Below are positions 56,198 to 64,000 of a stretch of 64,000 bases of DNA, in pieces. Position 1 is the first letter of the stretch. The number at the start of each line of letters is the position of its first letter. The position numbers were made by a program, and so were the translations under genes. The notes under the pieces are model-generated. The model did not search any database. It saw only the letters and a program-made list of their open reading frames with translations, and had not been told where the DNA came from. The stretch is taken from positions 25,665 to 89,664 of the forward strand of contig SVTM01000007.1 of assembly GCA_015063785.1 (NCBI GenBank), read 5' to 3'. Origin of the DNA: Oscillospiraceae bacterium. Lineage in GTDB: Bacteria > Bacillota > Clostridia > Oscillospirales > CAG-382.

Positions 56198-57622
56198 ATG
56201 GCAACAAAGAAGTTTATGGCGGAGCTTGAAAAAATGACTCCTGCCGAAGTAAAAAGAGCACTCGACCTCAAGGCGCAGGAAATGAAGGATTCGGTTATCT
56301 TCACTCCCAACTACCAGCCCAAGAGCGAAAGAGTTATTTACGTTTCAAATTCGGGTTGCGACTGCAACGACGGTCTTTCGGTTGAAAAGCCGATTGCTAC
56401 CCTTAAAAAGGTTTATGAGATCACACAGCCCGGCGACACAGTGCTTTTTAAGCGCGGCGACCATTTCAGAGGAACCATCACAGTCGATAAGGACGGCGTG
56501 ACCTACGCTTCCTACGGCGAAGGTATCAAGCCCATCATCGACTCGTCAAAGAAAAACTATGCCGGCGCAGATATGTGGGAGCCCACCGACGTTGAAAACG
56601 TTTATGTTCTCAAGGAAGAGATCGACAACCCCGGTCTTTTGCACTTTGACCCAAGCTATACCTATGGCGTATACAACGAGCTTTACGGCCACATGAAGCT
56701 GCGCGGTGCAGGCGGATTTATGAATTATGATCAGCTTTCGTCCGACCTCGAATTTTTTGGCGACAGAGAAACCAACAAGCTCTATCTTTACTCGGACAAG
56801 GGCAACCCCGGCGAAAGATTTCTTGACATCGAGATCGGCGCAGGCGGAAGCACCTTTGGCGGTTCTGCCCACAACGTAACCTTTGACGGACTTTGGATCA
56901 TGCACACAGGCTGCCACGGCATCGGCTCGGGCACCACAGTCAACCGCACCGTCAGAAACTGCATTTTCTCGTGGCTGGGCGGCTCGATGCTGGGCGGCGC
57001 AAAGCGCGGCGACGGAAGCTACAACACCACACGCTTTGGCAACGCTGTTGAGATCTACGGCGGATGCGAGGGCTACACCGTTGAAAATAACTGGATGTAT
57101 CAGATCTACGACACCGCCATCACCCATCAGTACGGACACTATTCCGAGGGCGACTGTATCCAGCACGACGTGCTTTATCGCAACAACCTTATGGAATATT
57201 GCTTCTGGTCGATCGAATTTTATGACGGCGAGCGCGAAGGCACCACCCGTGAGGTCAAGAACGTCTACATGACAGGCAACTTTGCCTACATGGGCGGCTA
57301 TGGCTGGGGATGCAAGGGCAGAGAAGCCTGGGCACCCCTCTGGTGCGGATCGCACGTTTGCAACAACCTTTCAAACTTTGTCACCGAAAACAACATTTTC
57401 GCCATCTGCACAGGATATCTTGTCCGTCTCGAGGACAACCCCGGCGCAAGAAATATCGTCTGCCGCAACAACGTTTACGTTCAGGAAAAGGGCAAAAAGC
57501 TCGGCCATCTTTACGGCAAGGAATATATCTATGACGACAACGCCAAGGAAAGCTTCAAGCAGCTTCTGCACGACGAGGAATCCACCGTTGTTTATATGCC
57601 TGCGCCCGAAATCAGATTTTGA
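56198..57622 (+). CDS. Right-handed parallel beta-helix protein, paralog 2 of 3 (474 aa)
   Basis: Colinear with paralogs 1 and 3 over the full length. AGGAGGAAA RBS. Confidence 0.6.
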   Translation: MATKKFMAELEKMTPAEVKRALDLKAQEMKDSVIFTPNYQPKSERVIYVSNSGCDCNDGLSVEKPIATLKKVYEITQPGDTVLFKRGDHFRGTITVDKDGVTYASYGEGIKPIIDSSKKNYAGADMWEPTDVENVYVLKEEIDNPGLLHFDPSYTYGVYNELYGHMKLRGAGGFMNYDQLSSDLEFFGDRETNKLYLYSDKGNPGERFLDIEIGAGGSTFGGSAHNVTFDGLWIMHTGCHGIGSGTTVNRTVRNCIFSWLGGSMLGGAKRGDGSYNTTRFGNAVEIYGGCEGYTVENNWMYQIYDTAITHQYGHYSEGDCIQHDVLYRNNLMEYCFWSIEFYDGEREGTTREVKNVYMTGNFAYMGGYGWGCKGREAWAPLWCGSHVCNNLSNFVTENNIFAICTGYLVRLEDNPGARNIVCRNNVYVQEKGKKLGHLYGKEYIYDDNAKESFKQLLHDEESTVVYMPAPEIRF

Positions 57623-57685
57623 TAAGGTAATACGTGTTTAAGGGGCACCTATGTGTCCCCTTTCTCAAAAAAGGAGGAAACGAAA

Positions 57686-59095
57686 ATGGCAATAAAGCAT
57701 TATCTTAAAGAGCTTGAAAGCATGACGCCTGCTAAGGCAAAGGAATTTTTGGATATCAAAGCTCAGGAAATGAAAAATTCGGTTATCTCGGCTCCCGATT
57801 ATCAGCCGAAAAACGAAAGAGTTATATATGTTTCAAACAAGGGCTGCGACTGCAACGACGGCCTTACCCCGGAAACCGCCATCGCCACCCTTGAAAAGGT
57901 AAACGAGATTACACAGCCGGGCGATACCGTGCTTTTCGAGCGCGGCAGCCATTTCAGAGGCAGCATCAAGGTGGACAAGGACGGCGTGACATATGCCGCA
58001 TACGGCAAGGGTGTAAAGCCTATTATCAACACTTCGCCCAAAAACTATTCCGATCCTGCCCTTTGGGAAAAGACAGAGGTGGAAAACGTATGGCACCTGA
58101 CCGAAAAGATCAACAATGTCGGTCTTATCCATTTTGACCCCAGCTATACCTATGGTCAGTACAACGAGCTTTACGGCACCATGCAGGTAAAGGGAAGAAA
58201 CGGATTTGAAGGATATGCCGATCTTAAAAAAGATCTTGATTATTATTCAGATTTCCACACCGACGACCTTTATCTTTACAGCGAAAAGAACCCGGGTGAG
58301 CGTTTTCTTGACATCGAGCTTTGCCCGAGAGTAAACACCTTCTCCGGCTCGGCAAACGACGTTACGGTGGACGGTTTGTGGATCATGCACACAGGTGCCC
58401 ACGGCATAGGCTCGGGCACAACAAAGAACCGCACCGTCAGAAACTGCATTTTCTCGTGGTTGGGCGGATCGATCCTTACGCTCAGTTTCAGAGGAGGCGG
58501 CCCTGTGCGCTACGGCAATGCTGTCGAAATTTACGGCGGCTGCGACGGATATACCGTTGAAAACAACTGGATGTATCAGATCTATGATACCGCCGTCACC
58601 CATCAGTTCTCCGGCGGCGATTGCGAATGTCATCAGCACAACGTAAAATATCTTAACAACCTCATGGAGTTCTGCTTCTGGTTTATCGAATATTACAACG
58701 CCGATTGCCAAGGACATCCCCAGAGTGTTAAGAATATCTATATGACAGGCAACTTCTGCCGCTTTGGCGGATATGGCTGGGGATGCAAGGGCAGAGAATG
58801 GGGCACACCCATGTACTGCGGTTCGACGGTTTGCTGCGAGGTCGAAAACCACGTTGCCGAAAACAACATTTTCTATCAGTGTCTGGGATATCTCGTTGTT
58901 CTTGCCAACTGCGAAGGCCACAAGCCCGAGATCATGCGCAACAACGTTTATGTCAACCCCAAGGGCGAAAAGTTTGCCAACGTTTTCGGTCAGATACTTA
59001 ACTTTGACGGCACCGAAAAGGAAATGCTTAAAAAGTATGTGAACGAAGAAGAACCCACCGTTATCTATATGCCAAGACCCGGTTATACCTTCTGA
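57686..59095 (+). CDS. Right-handed parallel beta-helix protein, paralog 3 of 3 (469 aa)
   Basis: Start at the ATG at 57686 (AAGGAGGAAA RBS). Colinear with paralogs 1 and 2. Confidence 0.6.
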   Translation: MAIKHYLKELESMTPAKAKEFLDIKAQEMKNSVISAPDYQPKNERVIYVSNKGCDCNDGLTPETAIATLEKVNEITQPGDTVLFERGSHFRGSIKVDKDGVTYAAYGKGVKPIINTSPKNYSDPALWEKTEVENVWHLTEKINNVGLIHFDPSYTYGQYNELYGTMQVKGRNGFEGYADLKKDLDYYSDFHTDDLYLYSEKNPGERFLDIELCPRVNTFSGSANDVTVDGLWIMHTGAHGIGSGTTKNRTVRNCIFSWLGGSILTLSFRGGGPVRYGNAVEIYGGCDGYTVENNWMYQIYDTAVTHQFSGGDCECHQHNVKYLNNLMEFCFWFIEYYNADCQGHPQSVKNIYMTGNFCRFGGYGWGCKGREWGTPMYCGSTVCCEVENHVAENNIFYQCLGYLVVLANCEGHKPEIMRNNVYVNPKGEKFANVFGQILNFDGTEKEMLKKYVNEEEPTVIYMPRPGYTF

Positions 59096-59107
59096 TTTTG
59101 GTTTTTG

Positions 59108-59137
59108 AAAAAAGGCTTCCGAAAGGAAGCCTTTTTT
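59108..59137 (+). terminator. Rho-independent terminator after the third beta-helix gene
   Basis: AAAAAAGGCTTCC-gaaa-GGAAGCCTTTTTT. Confidence 0.75.
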
Positions 59138-59379
59138 GCGGTTGGGGGGCAAAAACATAACTTTGTAGGGCAAGGTATATTCGATTTTTATTCATTGATT
59201 TATATACCTCACCGCGCACAACCGCGATTCTCGCAAAAATAGACGAAAAATTTAAACAATCTATTGTAACGAGCAAAAAAATATGCTATACTAAAAATAT
59301 ATGTGAAAAATTTTCCGTCCCTTGCGCGAACAGCGCAAAATGCACACAAAAATACAATTCATACCGAAAGGATAGGATT

Positions 59380-61857
59380 ATGGAAAATATAGATCTTTGC
59401 GGCAAATGGCAAGCCTTTGGCAACAACGAAAAAGGCGAAAAAATCAGCTTTGAGGGCACTGTTCCCGGCTGTGTTCACACCGATCTTATCGCCGCAGGCA
59501 TTATCGACGGCAACATTTATTACCGCGACAATGCAAAAAACATTCAATGGATCGAAAACGTTGACTGGCAGTACAAAAAAGAGTTCGAGGTGAAAGAGCT
59601 CGGCGACGGCGCCGTCATTTGCTTTGAGGGGCTTGACGTATACTGCGACGTTTACCTCAACGGCAAGCACATTGGCTATGCCGACGATATGTTTTTCCCC
59701 CACAGATTTCCTGCCGACAAATTTCTTGTGCTTGGCAAAAACGAAATAGAGGTTCGCTTCTATTCTCCCGTTCGCACCGTTTCGGGCAAAAAAGACCACA
59801 ACGGCGCTTTCACCACCGAGCGCATAAACACTCGCAGAATGCAGTGCACCTACGGTTGGGACTGGGTATACCGCTTTGTCACCTGCGGCATCTTCAAGCA
59901 ATGCTACGTTGAGTTTGAAAAAGGCGTTTGCGCCGACTCTGTTTACGTTGTCACCGAGAGTGTTGACGAGTTCAGTGCACAGATATTCTGTGATGTTTCT
60001 TTCAAATCCTACGAAAACGGTGGGGATGTTTCGATTGAGCTCTACGCTCCCGACGGAAGTCTTGCAGCGCACGACGAGTTTTACACGGCAGAAGAGCATC
60101 AGATCAGGTATTTTGACATTGCCGATGCAAAGCTTTGGACACCGATGTGCCAAAACATAGCAGAACTGTATGAAATAAAAGTATATGTTAACGGCAGACT
60201 TGATATCTGCGAAAAATTCGGCATCAGAACAGTAAAGATCCTACAGCTTAAAGACAAAAAAGACAGCTTCGAGCACAACCTTTGCCTGTGGCTGAAAGAG
60301 GACAGCGAGAGCGCCGACGTTTATGACGCAAACACGGAATTTTCGTGTTTCACCCTGATGATAAACGGCAAAAAGATCTTTTGCAAGGGTGCAAACTGGG
60401 TGCCCACCGAGCCCTTTGTTTCGGCGGTGGATCCCAAAAAAATTACGACAATCCTCGAAATGGCAAAGGATGCAGGGCTTAATATGATCCGTGTCTGGGG
60501 CGGCGGGATTTTTGAATGTGATCATTTCTATTCCGAGTGCGACAGGCTGGGTATCATGGTCACGCAGGATTTTCTGATGGCGTGCGGACAGTATCCCGAG
60601 GACGAGGCGCACTTTGTTGAGCTGTTGTCGAGGGAAGCAGAGTATGCCGCAAAGAAGCTGCGCAACCACCCCTGCCTTATGTGGTGGACGGGCGACAACG
60701 AAAACGCCGTCAACGGCTCGGACAAGATGTCCGAATACATGGGCAGAATCTCGGCGCACAAGGCAATTGCTCCCATGCTTCGCAAATACGATCCGCGCCG
60801 CAGATTTTTGCCCTCAAGTCCTTATGGCGGCGACAAATATGCATCCAAGACCGTCGGAACTACTCACAATACCCAGTATTTAGGTATGATTTTCCCGTAT
60901 ATCGAAAAATCCGACATGACCGACTACAAGGAATATTATGAAAAATACCTTGCCCGCTTTGTTGCCGAAGAGCCTGCCATGTGCGCCTGCTCGTACGAAT
61001 CTCTGCACGAGATGATGAACGACGAGGATATCTTTGGCGACGAGCCGTCGCAGCTTCCTGACATGTGGTATTTCCACACACAGTCAAATCCGGCGCTCAG
61101 TGTTGAGCTTATGGACTATGCAAAATTCTTTGCTTCCAAGGTGCTTGGTGACTTTTCTGACCAAAACGATAGGTTTTTCAAGCTCAAGTATATGGGTTAC
61201 GAGTGGGTACGCTTTACGCTTGAGAATTTCAGACGAAATCAGTACTTCTCGTCGGGCATTCTTTATTGGATGCTCAACGATTGCTGGCCTGCTTCTGCCG
61301 GCTGGTCATTCATCGACTATTATTGCCGCCCCAAGGCGCTTTACTATTCATTCAAGCGCTGTGCAAGCCACTGCATGACAAGCGTTGTCAAGCGCGACGG
61401 CAGATATTTTGCCCGTCTTTGCAACGACGGTTATGTCGCCGACAGCGGCGTTGTCAGCTGTTACGCCGTGATGTCCGACGGCAGGGTGGAAAAATGTGAC
61501 GAGGCCACCGTTCTGTTTGCCGCCAACGCCGTGCGTGAGGTTGAGATTTCGGGCGTGCCCGAGGGGGCGGTTGCCGTCATCTGCGATTATTCGTCGCAAA
61601 AATTCCACGACAGATCGTTCCACAAGGACGGCGCGCTCCATATTTCAAGATGCGACGGCGTTGCCATCACCGAGATCACGGCTGATGCCGTAACTCTTAC
61701 CGCCGATCGCTATGTTCACGCTGTTGAGATTTGCGGCGACGGGGTTTTTGCCGAAAACTATTTCAGCATGCTCCCCGGCGAAACAAAGAAAGTGGGCATA
61801 AAAAAGCTTGTCGGTGATATCTCGCTTACCTCTTATACTTTGGCGGAAATTAAATAA
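59380..61857 (+). CDS. Glycoside hydrolase family 2, beta-mannosidase-like
   Basis: 825 aa, no signal peptide. N-terminal WQAFGN...VPGCVHTDL, FEGLDVYCDVYLNG, NMIRVWGGGIFE, FLMACGQYPEDE and WWTGDNE, typical of GH2 beta-mannosidases. Confidence 0.75.
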   Translation: MENIDLCGKWQAFGNNEKGEKISFEGTVPGCVHTDLIAAGIIDGNIYYRDNAKNIQWIENVDWQYKKEFEVKELGDGAVICFEGLDVYCDVYLNGKHIGYADDMFFPHRFPADKFLVLGKNEIEVRFYSPVRTVSGKKDHNGAFTTERINTRRMQCTYGWDWVYRFVTCGIFKQCYVEFEKGVCADSVYVVTESVDEFSAQIFCDVSFKSYENGGDVSIELYAPDGSLAAHDEFYTAEEHQIRYFDIADAKLWTPMCQNIAELYEIKVYVNGRLDICEKFGIRTVKILQLKDKKDSFEHNLCLWLKEDSESADVYDANTEFSCFTLMINGKKIFCKGANWVPTEPFVSAVDPKKITTILEMAKDAGLNMIRVWGGGIFECDHFYSECDRLGIMVTQDFLMACGQYPEDEAHFVELLSREAEYAAKKLRNHPCLMWWTGDNENAVNGSDKMSEYMGRISAHKAIAPMLRKYDPRRRFLPSSPYGGDKYASKTVGTTHNTQYLGMIFPYIEKSDMTDYKEYYEKYLARFVAEEPAMCACSYESLHEMMNDEDIFGDEPSQLPDMWYFHTQSNPALSVELMDYAKFFASKVLGDFSDQNDRFFKLKYMGYEWVRFTLENFRRNQYFSSGILYWMLNDCWPASAGWSFIDYYCRPKALYYSFKRCASHCMTSVVKRDGRYFARLCNDGYVADSGVVSCYAVMSDGRVEKCDEATVLFAANAVREVEISGVPEGAVAVICDYSSQKFHDRSFHKDGALHISRCDGVAITEITADAVTLTADRYVHAVEICGDGVFAENYFSMLPGETKKVGIKKLVGDISLTSYTLAEIK

Positions 61858-61917
61858 CATATTAAAACGATATGATTTGCGCGCAAAAATATCTGCGCAC
61901 ATCGGAGGAGTATAAAT

Positions 61918-62664
61918 ATGAAGATCTTATCCATCGGAAACAGCTTTTCCAACAATTCCACAAGATATCTTTCGGGCATGGCAAAAAAATGCGGCATTGA
62001 TGTCGAAACCTACAATCTTTACATCGGCGGCTGCTCGTTGTACACCCATTACATAAATGCTCTTGAAGATCTTTTTCTGTACAGTTTTATGTTTAACGGC
62101 ATCGATACGCATCTTAAGGTTTCCATAAAGCAGGCGCTTATTGCCAACGAATATGATGTGGTGACCTTGCAGCAGGCAAGCCATTTTAGCTTTAAGCCTG
62201 AAACATATCAGCCTTACACCGATTTTCTCTTTGGTTATGTCAAAAAGTACAATCCCAACGCAAAAATCTACGTTCATCAGACCTGGGGATACAAAAAAGA
62301 TTCGAAAAGACTTGCGGATATGCAGTTTGCAACCCACTCTGAAATGTATGATGCAGTTGAAAGCGCGTACGATATCATGTATAACAGCAACGATTTTTCG
62401 GGACTTTTGCCGTCGGGCAAAGCGATAAATCTGCTGCATACAATGGGATTTTGCGGCGCTGATACTCACAACGACGATATCCACCTGTCAAAAGGTTTGG
62501 GACAGTTCACATCATCGCTTGCATGGCTTGAAACACTCATCGGTTTTTGTGCGCTCGACTGTGACTTTTCGGATTTTGATGCGCCCGTTTCGGATCAAGC
62601 GGCTCTGGCCGCAAAAAAATGTGCCCACGAAGCTTCTGTTTGGGCACAGAAATATAAAAAATGA
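61918..62664 (+). CDS. DUF4886 / SGNH-like hydrolase-fold protein
   Basis: 248 aa. The N-terminus MKILSIGNSFSNNSTRYL is characteristic of DUF4886 proteins. Confidence 0.6.
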   Translation: MKILSIGNSFSNNSTRYLSGMAKKCGIDVETYNLYIGGCSLYTHYINALEDLFLYSFMFNGIDTHLKVSIKQALIANEYDVVTLQQASHFSFKPETYQPYTDFLFGYVKKYNPNAKIYVHQTWGYKKDSKRLADMQFATHSEMYDAVESAYDIMYNSNDFSGLLPSGKAINLLHTMGFCGADTHNDDIHLSKGLGQFTSSLAWLETLIGFCALDCDFSDFDAPVSDQAALAAKKCAHEASVWAQKYKK

Positions 62665-62676
62665 TTTTTTGATGTT

Positions 62677-62710
62677 AAAAAACGGACCCCGCAGGGTCCG
62701 TTTTTTGTTT
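62677..62710 (+). terminator. Rho-independent terminator
   Basis: AAAAACGGACCC-cgca-GGGTCCGTTTTT followed by TGTTTG. Confidence 0.8.
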
Positions 62711-62844
62711 GTGTCTTTTATAACCTACCGATTTGGTGGGAAATAATCGCTGAGGACGTCGGTCGATTTAAAAGTTTATTTATCAATTGTAAAAACAACA
62801 CCTCATCCACCGCCGGCGCATTTTTCACCGTAGGGCAGGACGGA

Positions 62845-63015
62845 TCATTCGTGGGTTTCCGTTTTTTCCTTTGCCATCTCTTTTTCGTATTCCTCAAAGC
62901 TTACTTCGCGATAATTTTCGGCTTTGTCCCAATCGCCAAGAACGATGGTTGTGGCAAAAACCGAGCCGTTAGTCAGCATTTTGCCGTCGCTTGCAGTTAA
63001 AATTTTCCTTTCCAT
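62845..63015 (-). CDS. Small hypothetical protein (56 aa), last gene of a prophage tail-fibre module; below the ORF-track cut-off
   Basis: My translation: MERKILTASDGKMLTNGSVFATTIVLGDWDKAENYREVSFEEYEKEMAKEKTETHE. Strong AAAGGAGG RBS. Confidence 0.5.
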   Translation of the reverse strand: MERKILTASDGKMLTNGSVFATTIVLGDWDKAENYREVSFEEYEKEMAKEKTETHE

Positions 63016-63030
63016 ATATCCTCCTTTTTC

Positions 63031-63759
63031 TTACACAAAGGCAATTGTCCAATTGCGTTTTGTATCTATAAGGGTGTTCCATGCACTCTGTCCGTATTTT
63101 GCAGCATAGGTTGTCTGTGCCGCCGCAGGCAGAGTAAGCGAAAGCCCTGTTGTACTGTCCGACAAAGCGTCAATAACGCTTTTTATACTGTCGGCAGAGA
63201 GCCCTGTGCTGTACTTCAGATTCAGCGCACCCGTGCTTATTTTCCCCTCGATCACAAGATCACAAAGTTCATAACAATAGTTAAACATATCGGTAAACAC
63301 CGTTTTGTCGGTGACAACCAGCTTTTCGATGCCCGTGATCTTGCAGCCGTAAAACATTGCCGTGGTGTTCGAGCCTGCCGACGAGCAATCGATGGTGGGC
63401 AAAACACCGCAGATGCCATAGCCGTATTTCATAAAATTATGTAGGGTTGTCGCCTTTGAGGTATCAAGACGCACGCCCTGTGCCGCCAGTATGCCGCCAA
63501 GGTCGATGGGAGCTGTGTGTTCCCAAAGATAAAAGCACTGTGAACCGCTTTTTTCGATGATGATATCATATTTCGGTTTAAAATTTTCTGCCGTCCAGGA
63601 CATCTGATCATTGGGGCAGGCAAAAGCGCCGGAATAATCTGTGCGCGCGCCGTTTAGCTGATAGCTGTCCCAAAAGCTGTCATATTCTGCTTTTTTCCCT
63701 GCGTCATACACCTTTTGTTCGTTTTGGATGATAGATTTGATTTTTTCGGAAATGCTCAT
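63031..63759 (-). CDS. Prophage tail-fibre-associated protein with leucine-rich-repeat-like segments
   Basis: 242 aa, directly after a tail-fibre gene. Repeated hydrophobic motifs (FYGCKITGIEKLVV, FNYCYELCDLVIEGKI) resemble BspA-type LRRs. Confidence 0.45.
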   Translation of the reverse strand: MSISEKIKSIIQNEQKVYDAGKKAEYDSFWDSYQLNGARTDYSGAFACPNDQMSWTAENFKPKYDIIIEKSGSQCFYLWEHTAPIDLGGILAAQGVRLDTSKATTLHNFMKYGYGICGVLPTIDCSSAGSNTTAMFYGCKITGIEKLVVTDKTVFTDMFNYCYELCDLVIEGKISTGALNLKYSTGLSADSIKSVIDALSDSTTGLSLTLPAAAQTTYAAKYGQSAWNTLIDTKRNWTIAFV

Positions 63760-63763
63760 TTTC

Positions 63764-64000
63764 TCAACCTCCGATCAAGCTTTGCTGATACTCGATCACT
63801 CCGTCAAGGGCGTTTTCGATATCACCAAGCGCTGTGTCCACATATCTCTTTGTGGCAGCGTCGGAAGAAAATTGCGGCTCTGCCACGTCGTGTATGACGT
63901 TTGAACCCACCGAAAAACCGTAGTCGGTGTGTGCAATCGTTACAGAACCGCCGGTTATGGTTACTGTCGAACCCCAAAGTTCTAGTTGGGCGTTGCTGTT
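63764..64000 (-). CDS. Phage tail fibre protein, C-terminal 78 codons (gene continues beyond the right edge)
   Basis: My translation ends ...SSDAATKRYVDTALGDIENALDGVIEYQQSLIGG. This is the KxYVD...ALD.I...Q..LIGG C-terminal signature common in Firmicute phage tail fibres. Confidence 0.6.
   Translation of the reverse strand, partial: NSNAQLELWGSTVTITGGSVTIAHTDYGFSVGSNVIHDVAEPQFSSDAATKRYVDTALGDIENALDGVIEYQQSLIGG

Larger units (their letters stand above)
62845..64000 (-). mobile_element. Distal (tail-fibre) end of a separate AT-rich prophage extending beyond the window
   Basis: Contains tail-fibre C-terminus, LRR-like and small ORFs. Spot GC count of line 63241-63300 is 21/60, versus 32/60 for line 49501-49560 in the head operon. 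Confidence 0.55.

Noticed and set aside
41283-64000. Idea that the head operon (41-52 kb) and the tail-fibre genes (62.8-64 kb) are one prophage split by an inserted carbohydrate cluster
   Set aside because: On the shared minus strand the tail-fibre genes would precede TerS, which is the wrong order for a single late operon. The two parts differ clearly in base composition on spot counts, and the head operon has its own promoter and terminator. A functional dependence, such as tail borrowing, remains possible and is listed as a finding.
1-64000. Search for tRNA, rRNA, tmRNA, riboswitch or T-box leaders in the longer intergenic regions
   Set aside because: I saw no cloverleaf-type T-arm motifs (GGTTCGAATCC-like), no rRNA-like stretches, and no leader upstream of a gene class that usually carries a riboswitch. 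This is a visual scan only; a covariance-model scan (Infernal/Rfam, tRNAscan-SE) would be decisive.

Overview
This is a chromosomal window from a sporulating Firmicute of the class Clostridia. That placement is inferred from sigG, spoIID, a SpoIVFB-like M50 protease, AGGAGG-type ribosome-binding sites and a dgt-dnaG-rpoD operon. An Oscillospiraceae/Ruminococcaceae-like origin is only a guess. I found no rRNA, tRNA or CRISPR array. Most of the window is housekeeping and carbohydrate metabolism: sigG, an ECF sigma/anti-sigma pair, spoIID, htrA, nrnA, dgt-like, dnaG, two rpoD paralogs flanking mtnN, radC, feoAB, a LacI regulon, a murF-like gene plus ddl, recG, gap, and several glycosidases (GH127-like, GH78-like, GH2). 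Four things stand out. (1) At 41.3-52.5 kb there is a single minus-strand operon of 12 genes: small Cys protein, TerS, TerL, portal, scaffold, capsid, four unknowns and a lipoprotein. It has no integrase, replication, regulatory or lysis genes, its base composition looks host-like, and it is driven by a perfect consensus promoter followed at once by a terminator-like leader hairpin. That makes it a candidate domesticated phage-like particle, either GTA-like or a capsid island. (2) A family of mosaic, hairpin-built intergenic repeats occurs at 7 or more loci, and stem sequences are swapped while the hairpins are kept. (3) Three tandem paralogs encode cytoplasmic beta-helix proteins next to GH2 and DUF4886 genes. 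(4) The two primary-type sigma factor genes share a local patch of near-identical DNA. The right edge of the window (62.8-64.0 kb) is the AT-rich tail-fibre end of a separate prophage. Gene starts were refined by eye from RBS spacing, and all functional calls rest on motifs I recognised, not on database searches.
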